Shown here piece after piece: positions 48,802 to 59,357 of a DNA stretch of 64,000 bases (its first letter is position 1; the number at the start of each line of letters is the position of its first letter). The DNA is taken from positions 1,440,001 through 1,504,000 of the forward strand of contig OZ242010.1 in NCBI GenBank assembly GCA_965204745.1, given 5' to 3'. The position numbers were made by a program, and so were the translations under genes. Under the pieces are notes generated by a model. It was given only the letters and a program-made list of their open reading frames with translations, was not told the DNA's origin and ran no database searches. This DNA is from Candidatus Latescibacterota bacterium. GTDB taxonomy: Bacteria; Latescibacterota; UBA2968.

Positions 48802-49812
48802 CTATTCCTCGCTGTATTTGATGCGCGGATCCAGCCATGCATAGAGCAAATCCGCGATCAAGTTGATCAGGACAAAGGTCGTGGAGACGATCAGCACGCC
48901 CCCTTGAATGGCGCGAAAATCGCGCGCGTACACGGATAGCAACAGCCAACGCCCGACCCCTGGCCAGGCAAAAATACTCTCGGTCAAAACCGCGCCGCCG
49001 AGCAAATAGCCAAATTGCAGACTGATGACAGTCAGCACCGGGATAAACGCATTTTTCAAGGCATGGCGCGCAATCACCACCCGTTCAGACAGCCCTTTGG
49101 CCCATGCGGTTCGCACGTAATCCTCGCGCAACACCTCCAGCAAACTCGACCGGGTCATGCGCGCAATCACCGCCGCGGGCACGGTGCCCAGGGTCACGCC
49201 GGGCAAAATCAGGTGCCAGAGCGCGTCTCCAAACGCGGGCAGGTCGCCTGCTAGCAAGCTGTCGATGAGGTACAATCCCGTGACCGGGTGGATAAACACA
49301 TGCGAACTGAGACGCCCAGAGACCGGGAACACGGGTAGCGAAACCGCGAGGCCGAGGATCAGCAACAAGCCCAGCCAGAAGATCGGCACGGACACCCCGG
49401 CCAGCGACGCGGTCATCCCGATGTAGTCCCACCAGGTGCCGCGGCGAATGGCGGACACAATCCCCGCGCCAATGCCGAGCACGCACGCAAAGACCATGCT
49501 GACCAGCGTCAATTCCATCGTCGCGGGAAAACGCGCCATCAACTCCACGGACACGCGCTCGTGCGACTTGATCGACCGCCCCAAATCGCCCTGCATCAGG
49601 TCCGAGAGATAGCGTCCAAATTGCACATGCAAGGGCTGATCCAACCCCAAATCGCGCCGCAACGCGGCCAAACTTTCCGCACTCGCCCGCTCGCCCAGCA
49701 TCACCTGCGCCGGGTCGCCGGGGACGAGATGGACCATAAAAAAAATGAGCACCGTAATGCCGAACAATGTGGGAATCAGTGCCAGTAGTCGTTTGAGAAT
49801 GTAGATGTGCAA
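48802..49812 (-). CDS. Peptide ABC transporter permease (DppB/OppB)
   Basis: YILKRL, PGDPA, GDLGRS, DYVRTAWAKGL, TESIFAWPG; TTG start after GGAG. Confidence 0.92.
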   Translation of the reverse strand: MHIYILKRLLALIPTLFGITVLIFFMVHLVPGDPAQVMLGERASAESLAALRRDLGLDQPLHVQFGRYLSDLMQGDLGRSIKSHERVSVELMARFPATMELTLVSMVFACVLGIGAGIVSAIRRGTWWDYIGMTASLAGVSVPIFWLGLLLILGLAVSLPVFPVSGRLSSHVFIHPVTGLYLIDSLLAGDLPAFGDALWHLILPGVTLGTVPAAVIARMTRSSLLEVLREDYVRTAWAKGLSERVVIARHALKNAFIPVLTVISLQFGYLLGGAVLTESIFAWPGVGRWLLLSVYARDFRAIQGGVLIVSTTFVLINLIADLLYAWLDPRIKYSEE

Positions 49813-49827
49813 GGGAATGCTCCAAAG

Positions 49828-49882
49828 GCGGTGAGAGGGAAGGCGGTGAGAGGGGAGACGCAAGAGGGGAGAGGGAAAGGCG
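49828..49882. repeat. Heptamer-type purine-rich tandem repeats
   Basis: gcggtgagagggaaggcggtgagaggggagacg.. Confidence 0.6.
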
Positions 49883-49954
49883 AAAAGCAACCACAGATGA
49901 ACGCGGATGAGGGGCAAAAGGGGCTAGATGCCGGTAGCTGATTTTCAAACGCGT

Positions 49955-50920
49955 TCAAAACTTCACAAAATACACCACGCGGAGTTCGCGGTCCGGATGT
50001 GGCTCGCGCATGCCATTGCGAAAAATGTTCTTCAAATCAAATTCCACGGCAAAACTGCCGGACGCGGCGACGCGGAGGCCCGCATTCAGAAATCCCTTTC
50101 CGGACCCCAAACTGTTGTCCGCGTTGTCATTCAATCCCAAATCGTATTCTGCCAACAGCATCGCGTATCGCCCAAGCCCGACATCGACCCCGACATAGCC
50201 CGTCACCGTGTCGTCGCCGTCGTCATCCTCAAAACTGCGGTTCGCGCCGACGTGAATGCCCGCGTGCCCCGCGAACCACATGAAATTTTTGCTGGCGACG
50301 ACGTACACGCCCTTGGACTTTTTGGTATAGCGTTTCAACTCCTCGTCATACGTCCCGTATCCCTGAGACGCATAGCCCACCGCAATGCCCGGCATCTTAT
50401 ATCCCTCTTCCAGCACCCGCACGCGGGCTGAAAATTCCACGCGCGGATTCAATGACACCGCGTCCTCACCCAACAGATCGCGCCCGCCAAACGAGATGCC
50501 CGCCATGCCGCGGCCGAACATGCCGACCGACAAATGGCCCAAAATGCCATCGCCCTCGTAAAACCGAAAATCCACCCCGACGCTGCCTCCGGGCAACAAC
50601 CCCGCGGTGGGGGATTCGACCAACTGTCGCGGCTCCAAGTCCTGCTGTGCCTCAACGTGCGTAGCGGTCAAAACGCACAACGCGGCGAGGAGTAAGACGG
50701 GAGACGGAAGACGGGAGTTTAGCCACGAGCGGGGTACAACTGGCGACAGCCAGTTCAAAAACAAAAAAACACAATGAGCCACAAAAGGCACAAAAACACA
50801 AAAGGCGAACGGTAGGGGCGATGCCCCCGTGCTCGCCCGAAGAGATGGGAGGCGGGAGACCCGTCCATTCTGACCGCTACGCGATTCGATTTGCCGTTCT
50901 GTCAATCCTCTTTTAGCCAT
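49955..50920 (-). CDS. YjbH-like outer-membrane beta-barrel protein; N-terminus includes in-frame repeats (start uncertain)
   Basis: ESPTAGLL, PGIAVGY, GVYVVASK, AEYD, C-terminal Phe; signal h-region LLLAALCVLTATHVEA. Confidence 0.75.
   Translation of the reverse strand: MAKRGLTERQIESRSGQNGRVSRLPSLRASTGASPLPFAFCVFVPFVAHCVFLFLNWLSPVVPRSWLNSRLPSPVLLLAALCVLTATHVEAQQDLEPRQLVESPTAGLLPGGSVGVDFRFYEGDGILGHLSVGMFGRGMAGISFGGRDLLGEDAVSLNPRVEFSARVRVLEEGYKMPGIAVGYASQGYGTYDEELKRYTKKSKGVYVVASKNFMWFAGHAGIHVGANRSFEDDDGDDTVTGYVGVDVGLGRYAMLLAEYDLGLNDNADNSLGSGKGFLNAGLRVAASGSFAVEFDLKNIFRNGMREPHPDRELRVVYFVKF
50696..50860. repeat. Mosaic of heptamers, hairpin unit, cacaaaa repeats and REP (50812) lying within the ORF
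   Basis: Same modules as 44063-44225. Confidence 0.8.
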
Positions 50921-51386
50921 ATCGCCTTCCGAATGCTATGGTTAGATTTCGCATCGTCTCGCCCGCATGGTCAAAACGCACGTCAATCGCGTGCTCGGGA
51001 ATCAGTTCGCCCCCCAAATCTGCCCATTCGATCAAACAAACGCCCGCGCCGAAAAACAAATCATCGCCCCCGATAGCGTGTAGCTCCTCCGGACTGCCCA
51101 ACCGATACAGATCAAAGTGATACACAGGCAGGGGCGTGCCATCGGCTGCGGCCCCCGCGTATTCATTGACGATCACAAATGTCGGACTCGTCACCGCATC
51201 AATCACGCGCAAGCCCTCGCAAACGCCTTGCACAAAGCAGGTCTTGCCACTGCCCAACTCGCCGGTGAGGGCCACGCAATCCCCGGGCTCGAGTCGCGCC
51301 GCGAGGTCCCGCCCGAGTTGGTGTGTTTGATCCGGAGATGCAGAGAGATGTTTGGTCGTTTTATTTGATCTGTTCATCGTTTCCAT
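50913..51386 (-). CDS. tsaE: tRNA t6A biosynthesis ATPase TsaE
   Basis: GELGSGKT, VTSPTF, HFDLYRL, LIEWA. Confidence 0.96.
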   Translation of the reverse strand: METMNRSNKTTKHLSASPDQTHQLGRDLAARLEPGDCVALTGELGSGKTCFVQGVCEGLRVIDAVTSPTFVIVNEYAGAAADGTPLPVYHFDLYRLGSPEELHAIGGDDLFFGAGVCLIEWADLGGELIPEHAIDVRFDHAGETMRNLTIAFGRRYG

Positions 51387-51515
51387 GTTCTCCGCTTCCT
51401 CATCTCGTAGGCCGGCCAGTTCCGCCCGATAGACAGTCTCACAAAAGTGGGTGGAAGAGGGGCGAGATGAAGTTCAATAAACTCAAGACAGGTGCTGATA
51501 CGGTGCTAAATTGTG

Positions 51516-51543
51516 TTGACATTTGAAAAATATTGCTTATTCT
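51516..51543 (+). promoter_or_regulatory. Candidate sigma70 promoter
   Basis: TTGACA-N16-TATTCT upstream of the 51615 ORF. Confidence 0.45.
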
Positions 51544-51614
51544 AGACATCCGCAACAATGGCCTAAAATTGTAGATTTCGTTTTTCACAACATCGACAGC
51601 GAAAGGAGTGACTC

Positions 51615-52358
51615 ATGCCGAGAACAACGCAATGGATGCAGGTATTGTCTGCCCTAGAACAACTGGGCGGTATCGCTACATTATCACAGTTAAATCACGT
51701 CCTACTTTCTCCAGATGGGGACGGGGTGAATTGGAAGACCAATACGCCGGAGGCGACGATACGTCGCATTGTGAGGCAAAAGACCGACCACTTTTATTCT
51801 GTTAAACCGGGTTTGTACTGCATTCGGGAGTTGGCAACAAAGTTTGAGAAAGAGTACACCCTTCCGCAACAAGATGACATTCCCTCCAAAGTGGCGGATC
51901 GCAATCACTGGTATTATCAGGGTTTAATGGTTGAAATCGGCAAGGCACAGGGGTACAAAACCTATGTTCCCCCGCAAGACAAAAATCGGATATTCGTCAA
52001 CCGAAAACTCGGCGATGTCTGCGATATAACGAATCTGCCAAATTTCGGCTACCGAGATCTTATGCGTAGAGCCAGAACCGTGGATGTCATCTGGTTCAAC
52101 CGGCGAAACATGCCAGCAAAGATGTTCGAGATTGAAGTTTCGACTGATATGTTAAATTCATTGACTAAATTTAACGAACTGCGCGACTTTTGTACCGCAC
52201 TCAAAATCATCGCCCCTTCACGCCGAAAAAATCACTTCACCGGCAGAATTGAAATGGACACGTTTTACGAAATTCGCGGACGAGTGAAATTTTTGGGATT
52301 TGAGGAATTGGAGAAAAACTACGCTTCTGGCAAATACACCTTTAGTAAGCAAGAATGA
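51615..52358 (+). CDS. HTH plus PD-(D/E)XK restriction-endonuclease-like protein
   Basis: N-terminal wHTH-like (ALEQLGGIATL..WKTNTPEATIRR); H..YQG..VDVIW..FEIE nuclease-like motif; AT-richer than neighbours; AAGGAG RBS. Confidence 0.65.
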   Translation: MPRTTQWMQVLSALEQLGGIATLSQLNHVLLSPDGDGVNWKTNTPEATIRRIVRQKTDHFYSVKPGLYCIRELATKFEKEYTLPQQDDIPSKVADRNHWYYQGLMVEIGKAQGYKTYVPPQDKNRIFVNRKLGDVCDITNLPNFGYRDLMRRARTVDVIWFNRRNMPAKMFEIEVSTDMLNSLTKFNELRDFCTALKIIAPSRRKNHFTGRIEMDTFYEIRGRVKFLGFEELEKNYASGKYTFSKQE

Positions 52359-52512
52359 ATCCCGATAAATCGCGAATGACAGACAAAAGGCGAGAACATA
52401 GGGACCCACTCCTACATTCTTGCCTTTTATTTTTATTTTTCTATGGCTACTGCTCACTTGCCGAGGATGGCGGCTGGGCGGACTGACTACTGACTACTTG
52501 GAACTACTCAAC

Positions 52513-54306
52513 CTATCCCACCAGCGCGAGCACCTGTCCATTGCTCACTTGGTCGCCGATGTCGAGGGGCATTTCGACGAGTGTACCTGCCACGGGCGCG
52601 GTGATCTGCACTTCCATCTTCATGGCTTCCAAAATGAGAATGACTTCGCCCTCTTGGACGCGATCACCTGCCTGCTTCAAAATCCGAATGACCTTGCCGG
52701 GCATCTGCGCGTGTACAGGTGCGGCATTGGTGCCCGACGTCGAATCCCGAGTCGGCTCTGCGTCCTGTATCTCGACGGTGTACGTCTTGCCATTGACGGT
52801 TGCGAGCTTGCCATCGATCTGCACGCGCACGGTTTTGCCATTGACCTGCAAGGCGTATTCTGCGGCGCCATCTGCCGCGGGCGCGGGTGCTCCATCCTGC
52901 TTTTCGACCTTCCGCACGCCGATCTCGCCCTTGCCCTTCAAAAAATCCATCCCCTTATCGCCGCACGTCGCCAGAATAAAAATGTGCTCGTCCGTCGCCT
53001 CAATCCCCTCGGCGTCCAACAGGTGTTGCGCGGCGGCTCTGCCCTTTTGCGGGTCCGCATCATTGCGTTCGAGAGGCGGTTGATCCGTGGGTTCAAGCCC
53101 CAACTGCTCGGACGCGATTTTTACGACCTCGGGATCGGGCGGCACAGGGGTTTTGCCAAAATAACCGAGCACCATCTGCCCGTAGGGTTCGGCGATTCTT
53201 TCCCACGCGCCAAACATCACGTTGTTGAAGGCTTGCTGAAAATAGAATTGCGACACGGGCGTGACCGACGTGCCAAACCCCCCGCGCGCCACCACGTCGC
53301 CCATGGCTTTGATCATATCGGGATATTTGTCCATAATGCCATTGTCGCGCAACATCTGCGTGTTGGCGGTCAGCGCGCCGCCCGGCATGGGGCTCCACGG
53401 AATCAGGGGTTCGACCGCCGTGGCTTCTGGCGGCAAAAAATAATCCGCCATGCACTCCTTAAACACCTCTTCGGCATCGCGGACTTTCTCAATGTCGATA
53501 TCCAAATCGTAATCCGTGCCGCGCAGGGCGTGCCACATCACCAAAATATCGGGCTGACAGGTGCCTCCGGAACACGGCGCCAGAGACAGATCGATGGCAT
53601 CGGCGCCCGCATCCAACGCGGCGAGATTGGCCTGCACGCTGATCCCGGCGGTTTCATGGGTGTGAAAGTGAATCCACGTATCGGCAGGCAAGAGGTTGCG
53701 CGCCCGCTCGATAGTCTCATACACCTTCGACGGCACAGCCGTACCGGACGCATCCTTAAAACACACGGAGTCGTAGGGAATGTCGGCGTCCAAAATCCCG
53801 CGCAAGGTCTGCTCGTAAAAATCCGCGTCGTGCGCGCCTTCGCAACCCGGGGGCAATTCCATCAAGGTGACGCACACTTGGTGGTGCAACCCGGCATCTA
53901 CGATGCACTGCCCGCTGTAGATCAAGTTATCCACGTCGTTGAGCGCGTCAAAATTGCGAATGGTCGTAATGCCGTGCTTTTTGAACAACTCGGCGTGCAA
54001 TTTGATGATGTCACTCGACTGGGATTCCAGCCCGACCACGTTCACGCCGCGCGCCAGCGTTTGCAAATTGGCATCCGGGCCTGCGGCTTCGCGGAACGCA
54101 TCGGTCATGGCAAACGCATCTTCGTTGCAATAAAAGTACAGGGACTGAAACCGCGCCCCGCCGCCGGCTTCGTAATAATCGATGCCGGCTTCGCGCGCGG
54201 CCTCCACTGCGGGCAAAAAATCGGCTGTGAACACGCGCGCGCCGTACACGGACTGAAAACCATCTCGAAACGCCGTACACATAAATGTCACTTTTTTCTT
54301 TTTCAT
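52513..54306 (-). CDS. oadA: Na+-translocating decarboxylase alpha subunit (oxaloacetate decarboxylase / pyruvate carboxylase B type)
   Basis: FRDGFQS, FKDASG, HFHTH, VTPVSQ, biotin EAMKM. Confidence 0.88.
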   Translation of the reverse strand: MKKKKVTFMCTAFRDGFQSVYGARVFTADFLPAVEAAREAGIDYYEAGGGARFQSLYFYCNEDAFAMTDAFREAAGPDANLQTLARGVNVVGLESQSSDIIKLHAELFKKHGITTIRNFDALNDVDNLIYSGQCIVDAGLHHQVCVTLMELPPGCEGAHDADFYEQTLRGILDADIPYDSVCFKDASGTAVPSKVYETIERARNLLPADTWIHFHTHETAGISVQANLAALDAGADAIDLSLAPCSGGTCQPDILVMWHALRGTDYDLDIDIEKVRDAEEVFKECMADYFLPPEATAVEPLIPWSPMPGGALTANTQMLRDNGIMDKYPDMIKAMGDVVARGGFGTSVTPVSQFYFQQAFNNVMFGAWERIAEPYGQMVLGYFGKTPVPPDPEVVKIASEQLGLEPTDQPPLERNDADPQKGRAAAQHLLDAEGIEATDEHIFILATCGDKGMDFLKGKGEIGVRKVEKQDGAPAPAADGAAEYALQVNGKTVRVQIDGKLATVNGKTYTVEIQDAEPTRDSTSGTNAAPVHAQMPGKVIRILKQAGDRVQEGEVILILEAMKMEVQITAPVAGTLVEMPLDIGDQVSNGQVLALVG

Positions 54307-54335
54307 AGCTCAAAATCCTTCGACGAATACAGGGC

Positions 54336-55463
54336 CTACTGAACCAGCACGGACCACAAAATCCCCGCGGCAACAGCCGAACCGATCACCCCTGCCACAT
54401 TGGGCGCCATGGCGTGCATCAACAAAAAATTGTGCGCGTCTTCGCGCTGCCCCACCATTTGCACGACCCGCGCCGAGTCGGGCACAGCCGATACCCCTGC
54501 CGCGCCCACCAAGGGGTTGATCTTTTCCTTGCTCAACGCATTCATCAATTTTGCAAACAACACGCCACTAGCCGTTGCCACGGCAAAGGACAGCGCGCCC
54601 AGGCCAAAAATCAACAGCGATTGCGGGGTCAAAAATGTCTGCGCCTGCGTGCTCGCGCCCACGGAAAACCCGAGCAAAATCGTCACGATATCGACCATTG
54701 CCGTGCGCGCGGATTCCGCCAATCGGTCCGTGACCATGCTCTCTTTCAGCAAGTTGCCAAAAAACAACATGCCCAGCAGGGTCAACGCGCCCGGCGCGAT
54801 CAGCGTGGCGATCAAAAAGCCGGCGATGGGAAAAATAATGCGCTCGCGCTTGGAGGGCTTGCGCGGTTCGGGCATGCGGATCAACCGTTCGCGCTTTGTG
54901 GTCAGCAACATCATGACCGGCGGCTGAATCACCGGCACGAGTGCCATATACGAATAGGCCGCGATGGCGATAGCCCCCAAGAGGTGCGGCGCCAACTTGG
55001 CCGACAAGAAAATCGCGGTCGGCCCATCGGCCCCGCCGATGATCCCGATGGCGCCGGCCTCGGCGGGCGTAAATCCCAGGTACAGCGCGCCGATCAACGT
55101 CAGGAAAATGCCCATTTGCGCGGCGGCGCCCAACAGCACGAGTTTGGGATTGGACAACAGGGTGGAAAAATCGGTCATCGCGCCAATGCCCAAAAAAATC
55201 AGGGGTGGAAACAAGCCCGAGGTCACGCCAAAATAAATGTAGCGCAACACACTGCCCTCGTCATACACCCCAAGTGCCATGCTCGATATCGAGGGGATAT
55301 TGCCCACGATCATGCCAAAGCCAATGGGCAACAAGAGCAGGGGTTCGTAATCCTTGGTGATCGCCAGGTGGATGAACACGATGCCTATCGCGATCATGAT
55401 CCCATTGCCCACGCTCAAGTTGGCAAAGCCGGTCGTATTTAAGAAGTCGTAAAAAATATCCAT
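54336..55463 (-). CDS. oadB: Na+-translocating decarboxylase beta subunit
   Basis: EPLLLLPIGFG, GIIGGADGPT, AAYSYMALVP, GAAGVSAVP. Confidence 0.95.
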   Translation of the reverse strand: MDIFYDFLNTTGFANLSVGNGIMIAIGIVFIHLAITKDYEPLLLLPIGFGMIVGNIPSISSMALGVYDEGSVLRYIYFGVTSGLFPPLIFLGIGAMTDFSTLLSNPKLVLLGAAAQMGIFLTLIGALYLGFTPAEAGAIGIIGGADGPTAIFLSAKLAPHLLGAIAIAAYSYMALVPVIQPPVMMLLTTKRERLIRMPEPRKPSKRERIIFPIAGFLIATLIAPGALTLLGMLFFGNLLKESMVTDRLAESARTAMVDIVTILLGFSVGASTQAQTFLTPQSLLIFGLGALSFAVATASGVLFAKLMNALSKEKINPLVGAAGVSAVPDSARVVQMVGQREDAHNFLLMHAMAPNVAGVIGSAVAAGILWSVLVQ

Positions 55464-55489
55464 CTGCCACCTATTCTCTAACGCTCGCC

Positions 55490-55741
55490 TTACCCCTTGC
55501 CCGCGCGCCGCATGTGCATCACAAACCCAATCGCGGCCATCAGCGGGCCATCGTCTTCCTGCCCTGCATGCCCTTCGGATTCGGGAAATTTCTTTGCTAT
55601 GACCGCCAACGCCTTGGGCAACAGGACGATGAACGCGCTGATCAACGCCAACACGCTGAACACGATGATCATCCCCGTCAGCGCAATCCCCAAGCCCTGA
55701 CCGTCTTCGATATTCTGCACACTAAAATTGAAATCGTACAT
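55490..55741 (-). CDS. oadG: OadG family gamma subunit
   Basis: Single TM segment GMIIVFSVL; C-terminal AAI motif; upstream of oadB. Confidence 0.85.
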   Translation of the reverse strand: MYDFNFSVQNIEDGQGLGIALTGMIIVFSVLALISAFIVLLPKALAVIAKKFPESEGHAGQEDDGPLMAAIGFVMHMRRAGKG

Positions 55742-55873
55742 AGATCACCACAAAAAAGCCCCAACAGATAGGGGCTCGTTCACAAATTCGCCGAGACATT
55801 CCCGCCGTAAAGCCGTAAATAGTGCAGGAAACAGAGGGGATTGTCAAGGCAAAAGCAACCGACAACTTCCGCA

Positions 55874-56134
55874 TCACAGCACGATCTGAATGCTATGATG
55901 GTGGATGAGGGCCGCGTAGATGTTGAGGCGGTGGGATTCGTTGAAAACGACCATGTCCAAATTCAAACTGCAATACTTACCGTGCCTGCTCTGGTTTGAA
56001 AACGTCAGCCGATAGGCGTAATCGCCCATAATCTCGGCAATGGCCTGACGCATGTGGTCTTCTTCGCGGCCGATCACTTTGAAATTCCAGGGGCACGGAT
56101 ATTCGATTTCCGGGCGTCTGTTGAGTCGTTGCAT
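55874..56134 (-). CDS. DUF493 (YbeD/HP0495) family protein
   Basis: IEYPCPWNFKVIG..SRHGKYCS..VL. Confidence 0.88.
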   Translation of the reverse strand: MQRLNRRPEIEYPCPWNFKVIGREEDHMRQAIAEIMGDYAYRLTFSNQSRHGKYCSLNLDMVVFNESHRLNIYAALIHHHSIQIVL

Positions 56135-56305
56135 AAAACACCTTTATCTTGCGAGAAAGGGTTAGACGATCTCTTCTTGGTGCTGTGCCAGTTCCACTGA
56201 TCGCTCGGCGCGTTCCCGCAGGGTGGCAATTTCTTGTTCTTTGAACAAGTCAATGATGATAATGGTCGTCTTTGAGTATCGCTTGGATCATGTCCGATTG
56301 CCGGG

Positions 56306-56611
56306 TCATTTGTTCTCCGTCCCGTTTTGTTTCGAGTCGGAATCCGCGTGGTCTTCCTCCAAGCGCAGGGATTCGTCGATGATTTGTCGGAAAATGCGTT
56401 GCGCGGCCTCATGGCTCAAGGGCCCGGTATTCAAGGCGCGGATGCGGCTGAGAATCAGGGTTTCGCGGTCCGGAGCATAGAGGGGCAAACCCACGGCGCG
56501 CTTGATCTGCCCCACGGCCAACGCGCATTGGGCGCGCTCGTTGAGCAACGCGAGAATCTGTTCATTGAGCGAGTCGATTTTCTCGCGCCAGAAATCCAGA
56601 TCCTTGTCCAT
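56306..56611 (-). CDS. Chorismate mutase (AroQ)
   Basis: REKIDSLNEQILALLNER..VGQIK..PDRE. Confidence 0.9.
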   Translation of the reverse strand: MDKDLDFWREKIDSLNEQILALLNERAQCALAVGQIKRAVGLPLYAPDRETLILSRIRALNTGPLSHEAAQRIFRQIIDESLRLEEDHADSDSKQNGTENK

Positions 56612-56614
56612 AAC

Positions 56615-57418
56615 TCACGCGCCTTTTCTCAAAGGGCCGATTAAAGACCCGACAAACGCGCCGACCTTGGCGACGAGGTCCGCATCATTTTGATACGCGC
56701 CGATGCGCCGCACAATCGCGCTACCCACGACCACCGCATCTGCATATCGCGCGAGTTCCGATACGTGTTCGGGCTTTGAAATCCCAAACCCAACGGCAAT
56801 CGGTATCGCCGCGTGCTGGCGAATGGCCGCGACCTTGGTTTGAATCTCATCCGCCAACTCATCGCGCTCGCCCGTCACGCCCGTGCGCGACACGTAATAG
56901 ACAAACCCGCGGGTATGCGACGCGATCAACGCCATTCGATCAGCACGAGTGGTGGGGGTCATTAGAAAAATGGTATCCAGCCCGTGCGCGTCCATTCGCG
57001 CTTTGTACTCGCCGCCCTCTTCCGGGGGCAAATCCAGCATCAGCACGCCGTCTATGCCCACTTCTGTTGCGCGTTCGACAAAGCGCGCGATGCCATAGCG
57101 ATGAATCGGATTGTAATAGGTGAACAGCACGATGGGGATTTCGGTTTCCGCACGCAGATCCGCGACCAATGACAACACGCCCTTGAGCGTCGCGCCTGCG
57201 CCCAAGGCGCGTTGAGACGCCTCTTGGATCACCGGGCCATCGGCCAAGGGATCGGAAAACGGAACGCCCAATTCGAGGATATCCACGCCTCGCCTATCCA
57301 ATTCCAACACGATCTGATGCGTGGTGGTCAACTCCGGATCGCCCGCCATAAGATACGCCACAAAGCCCGTTTGCCCGGCTTTTTGCAAGTCTTCAAACCG
57401 TTTTCCAATGCGCGTCAT
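56615..57418 (-). CDS. trpA: Tryptophan synthase alpha
   Basis: ELGVPFSDPLADGPVIQ, YYNP, SRTGVTG, VGFGI. Confidence 0.97.
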   Translation of the reverse strand: MTRIGKRFEDLQKAGQTGFVAYLMAGDPELTTTHQIVLELDRRGVDILELGVPFSDPLADGPVIQEASQRALGAGATLKGVLSLVADLRAETEIPIVLFTYYNPIHRYGIARFVERATEVGIDGVLMLDLPPEEGGEYKARMDAHGLDTIFLMTPTTRADRMALIASHTRGFVYYVSRTGVTGERDELADEIQTKVAAIRQHAAIPIAVGFGISKPEHVSELARYADAVVVGSAIVRRIGAYQNDADLVAKVGAFVGSLIGPLRKGA

Positions 57419-57463
57419 GATCGTCCTTGCGGTCAGCGGTGGTGAGGGGTAACTGACTACTGG

Positions 57464-58657
57464 CTACTGACTGGCTACTTGTTGCACATCTTTGTCGCCG
57501 CGGCCGGACAGATTGACGATCACAATCTGATCCCGTTGCATTTTAGGGGCCAGTTTGCAAACGTGGGCTATGGCGTGGGAACTTTCCAGCGCGGGGATAA
57601 TGCCCTCGCTGCGGCCGAGCAACTCAAAGGCGCGCAGGGCCTCTCGGTCTGTGGCATACGTGTAGGTCGTGCGCGCCATGTCCCGCAAATAACAATGCTC
57701 TGGCCCCACGCCCGAATAGTCAAGCCCTGCGGAAACCGAGTGCGTCAGCGCGATTTGCCCGTCGTCGTCTTGCAACACGTAGATGCGTGCGCCGTGCAAC
57801 ACGCCCAATTCGCCGCCGTTGAACCGCGCCGCGTGGTCGCCGGATGCAATGCCCCGGCCGCCGGCCTCCACGCCGATCATCTGCACATCGGCATCGTCCA
57901 AAAAGGCGTGAAACAACCCGATGGAATTGCTGCCCCCACCCACGCACGCGATGAGCACATCGGGCAAGCGGTCTTCTCGCGTCAAAATTTGCGCGCGCGC
58001 CTCCACGCCGATGACCCGCTGAAAATCGCGCACGATCATCGGGTAGGGATGCGGGCCCAAGACCGAGCCGAAAATGTAAAAGGTGTCATCGACATGCGTG
58101 ACCCAATCGCGGATGGCTTCGTTGATCGCGTCTTTCAGTGTTTTGCTGCCCGAATGCACGCCCGTGACTTGCGCGCCCAAAAGGCGCATGCGAAACACGT
58201 TGAGGGCCTGGCGTTCCATGTCTTCAACGCCCATATAGACTTCGCATTGCAAGCCGAACATCGCCGCGACAGTGGCGGTTGCTACGCCGTGTTGCCCCGC
58301 GCCGGTTTCGGCGATGATGCGCGTTTTGCCCATGCGCTTGGCGAGCAAAATCTGCCCCATCGTATTGTTGATTTTATGCGCGCCGGTATGGGCGAGGTCT
58401 TCGCGCTTGAGATAAATTTTCGCGCCGCCCAGATATTCGGTCAATCGCTCGGCAAAATAAAGCGGCGTGGGCCGCCCCACAAACTCGCGCCAATAGCGGT
58501 CCAATTCGGCCCAAAACTCGGGATCGCGCTTGGCCTCCCAGTATGCCGCCTCCAAGTCTTGCAACAGCGCCATCAGTGTCTCGGGCACATATCGCCCGCC
58601 ATAAGGCCCAAAATGCCCGCGTGCATCGGGCAACGCAGTTGTGGTCATGTTTCGCAT
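57464..58657 (-). CDS. trpB: Tryptophan synthase beta (start 58657 or 58648)
   Basis: [38 protein letters not shown]. Confidence 0.97.
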   Translation of the reverse strand: MRNMTTTALPDARGHFGPYGGRYVPETLMALLQDLEAAYWEAKRDPEFWAELDRYWREFVGRPTPLYFAERLTEYLGGAKIYLKREDLAHTGAHKINNTMGQILLAKRMGKTRIIAETGAGQHGVATATVAAMFGLQCEVYMGVEDMERQALNVFRMRLLGAQVTGVHSGSKTLKDAINEAIRDWVTHVDDTFYIFGSVLGPHPYPMIVRDFQRVIGVEARAQILTREDRLPDVLIACVGGGSNSIGLFHAFLDDADVQMIGVEAGGRGIASGDHAARFNGGELGVLHGARIYVLQDDDGQIALTHSVSAGLDYSGVGPEHCYLRDMARTTYTYATDREALRAFELLGRSEGIIPALESSHAIAHVCKLAPKMQRDQIVIVNLSGRGDKDVQQVASQ

Positions 58658-58685
58658 TTCTCTCTCATTTCTCCTTTTAAGGGAC

Positions 58686-59357
58686 CTATCCCCCCGGGAC
58701 CCGTACCGCTCGTTTAGCCTCGTCAATCACCCGTTCAAGCTCTATTGTTCTCTTTCGCAACGCGCAGGGCGTATCGCCAAATTTGTCCTCTGCGTTGACA
58801 TCGGCCCCCATTTTTTTTAGCAACGCTTCCATCTCACGGGCATCGACCACCGCCGCATAGTGCAATGGCGTCTTGCCATCTTTGGCCTTCGCATTGACAT
58901 CTGCTCCTTGGCTGAACAACAACTTTGCCGTTTTAAGCGCGTTGTGCCACGCGGCATAGTGCAACGGCGTCTTGCCATCTTTGGCCTTCGCATTGACATG
59001 GACACCGCGTTTTAACAACAATGCTGCTATCTCACATGCATTTCTTTTTCCAGCAACATGCAACGGCGTTCCCGCAAATTCCGCGGTGGCGCAGACATCG
59101 GCCTCATAGTTCAGCAAGACCCGTGTCGTTTCGAGCGCGTTGTACTTCGCCGCATAATGCAACGGCGTCATGCCATAGTTGGCCTTCACGTTGACATTAG
59201 CCCTCTGCTTCAACAAAGAGAGCGTCAGGGCGGGCAGGTTCAGACGCGCTGCAATATGCACGCCGGTCTCGCCCTTATTGTTCATCGCCTCCACGGATGG
59301 ATCGCGGCACACCTCCAGGCGAAATTTATCTTTTTCCATAGCGAGATTCGGAATCAT
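58686..59357 (-). CDS. Ankyrin-repeat protein
   Basis: Repeated GxTPLHxAA..GADVNA units; near-identical DNA repeat with 99-bp period; GAGGAG RBS. Confidence 0.93.
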   Translation of the reverse strand: MIPNLAMEKDKFRLEVCRDPSVEAMNNKGETGVHIAARLNLPALTLSLLKQRANVNVKANYGMTPLHYAAKYNALETTRVLLNYEADVCATAEFAGTPLHVAGKRNACEIAALLLKRGVHVNAKAKDGKTPLHYAAWHNALKTAKLLFSQGADVNAKAKDGKTPLHYAAVVDAREMEALLKKMGADVNAEDKFGDTPCALRKRTIELERVIDEAKRAVRVPGG

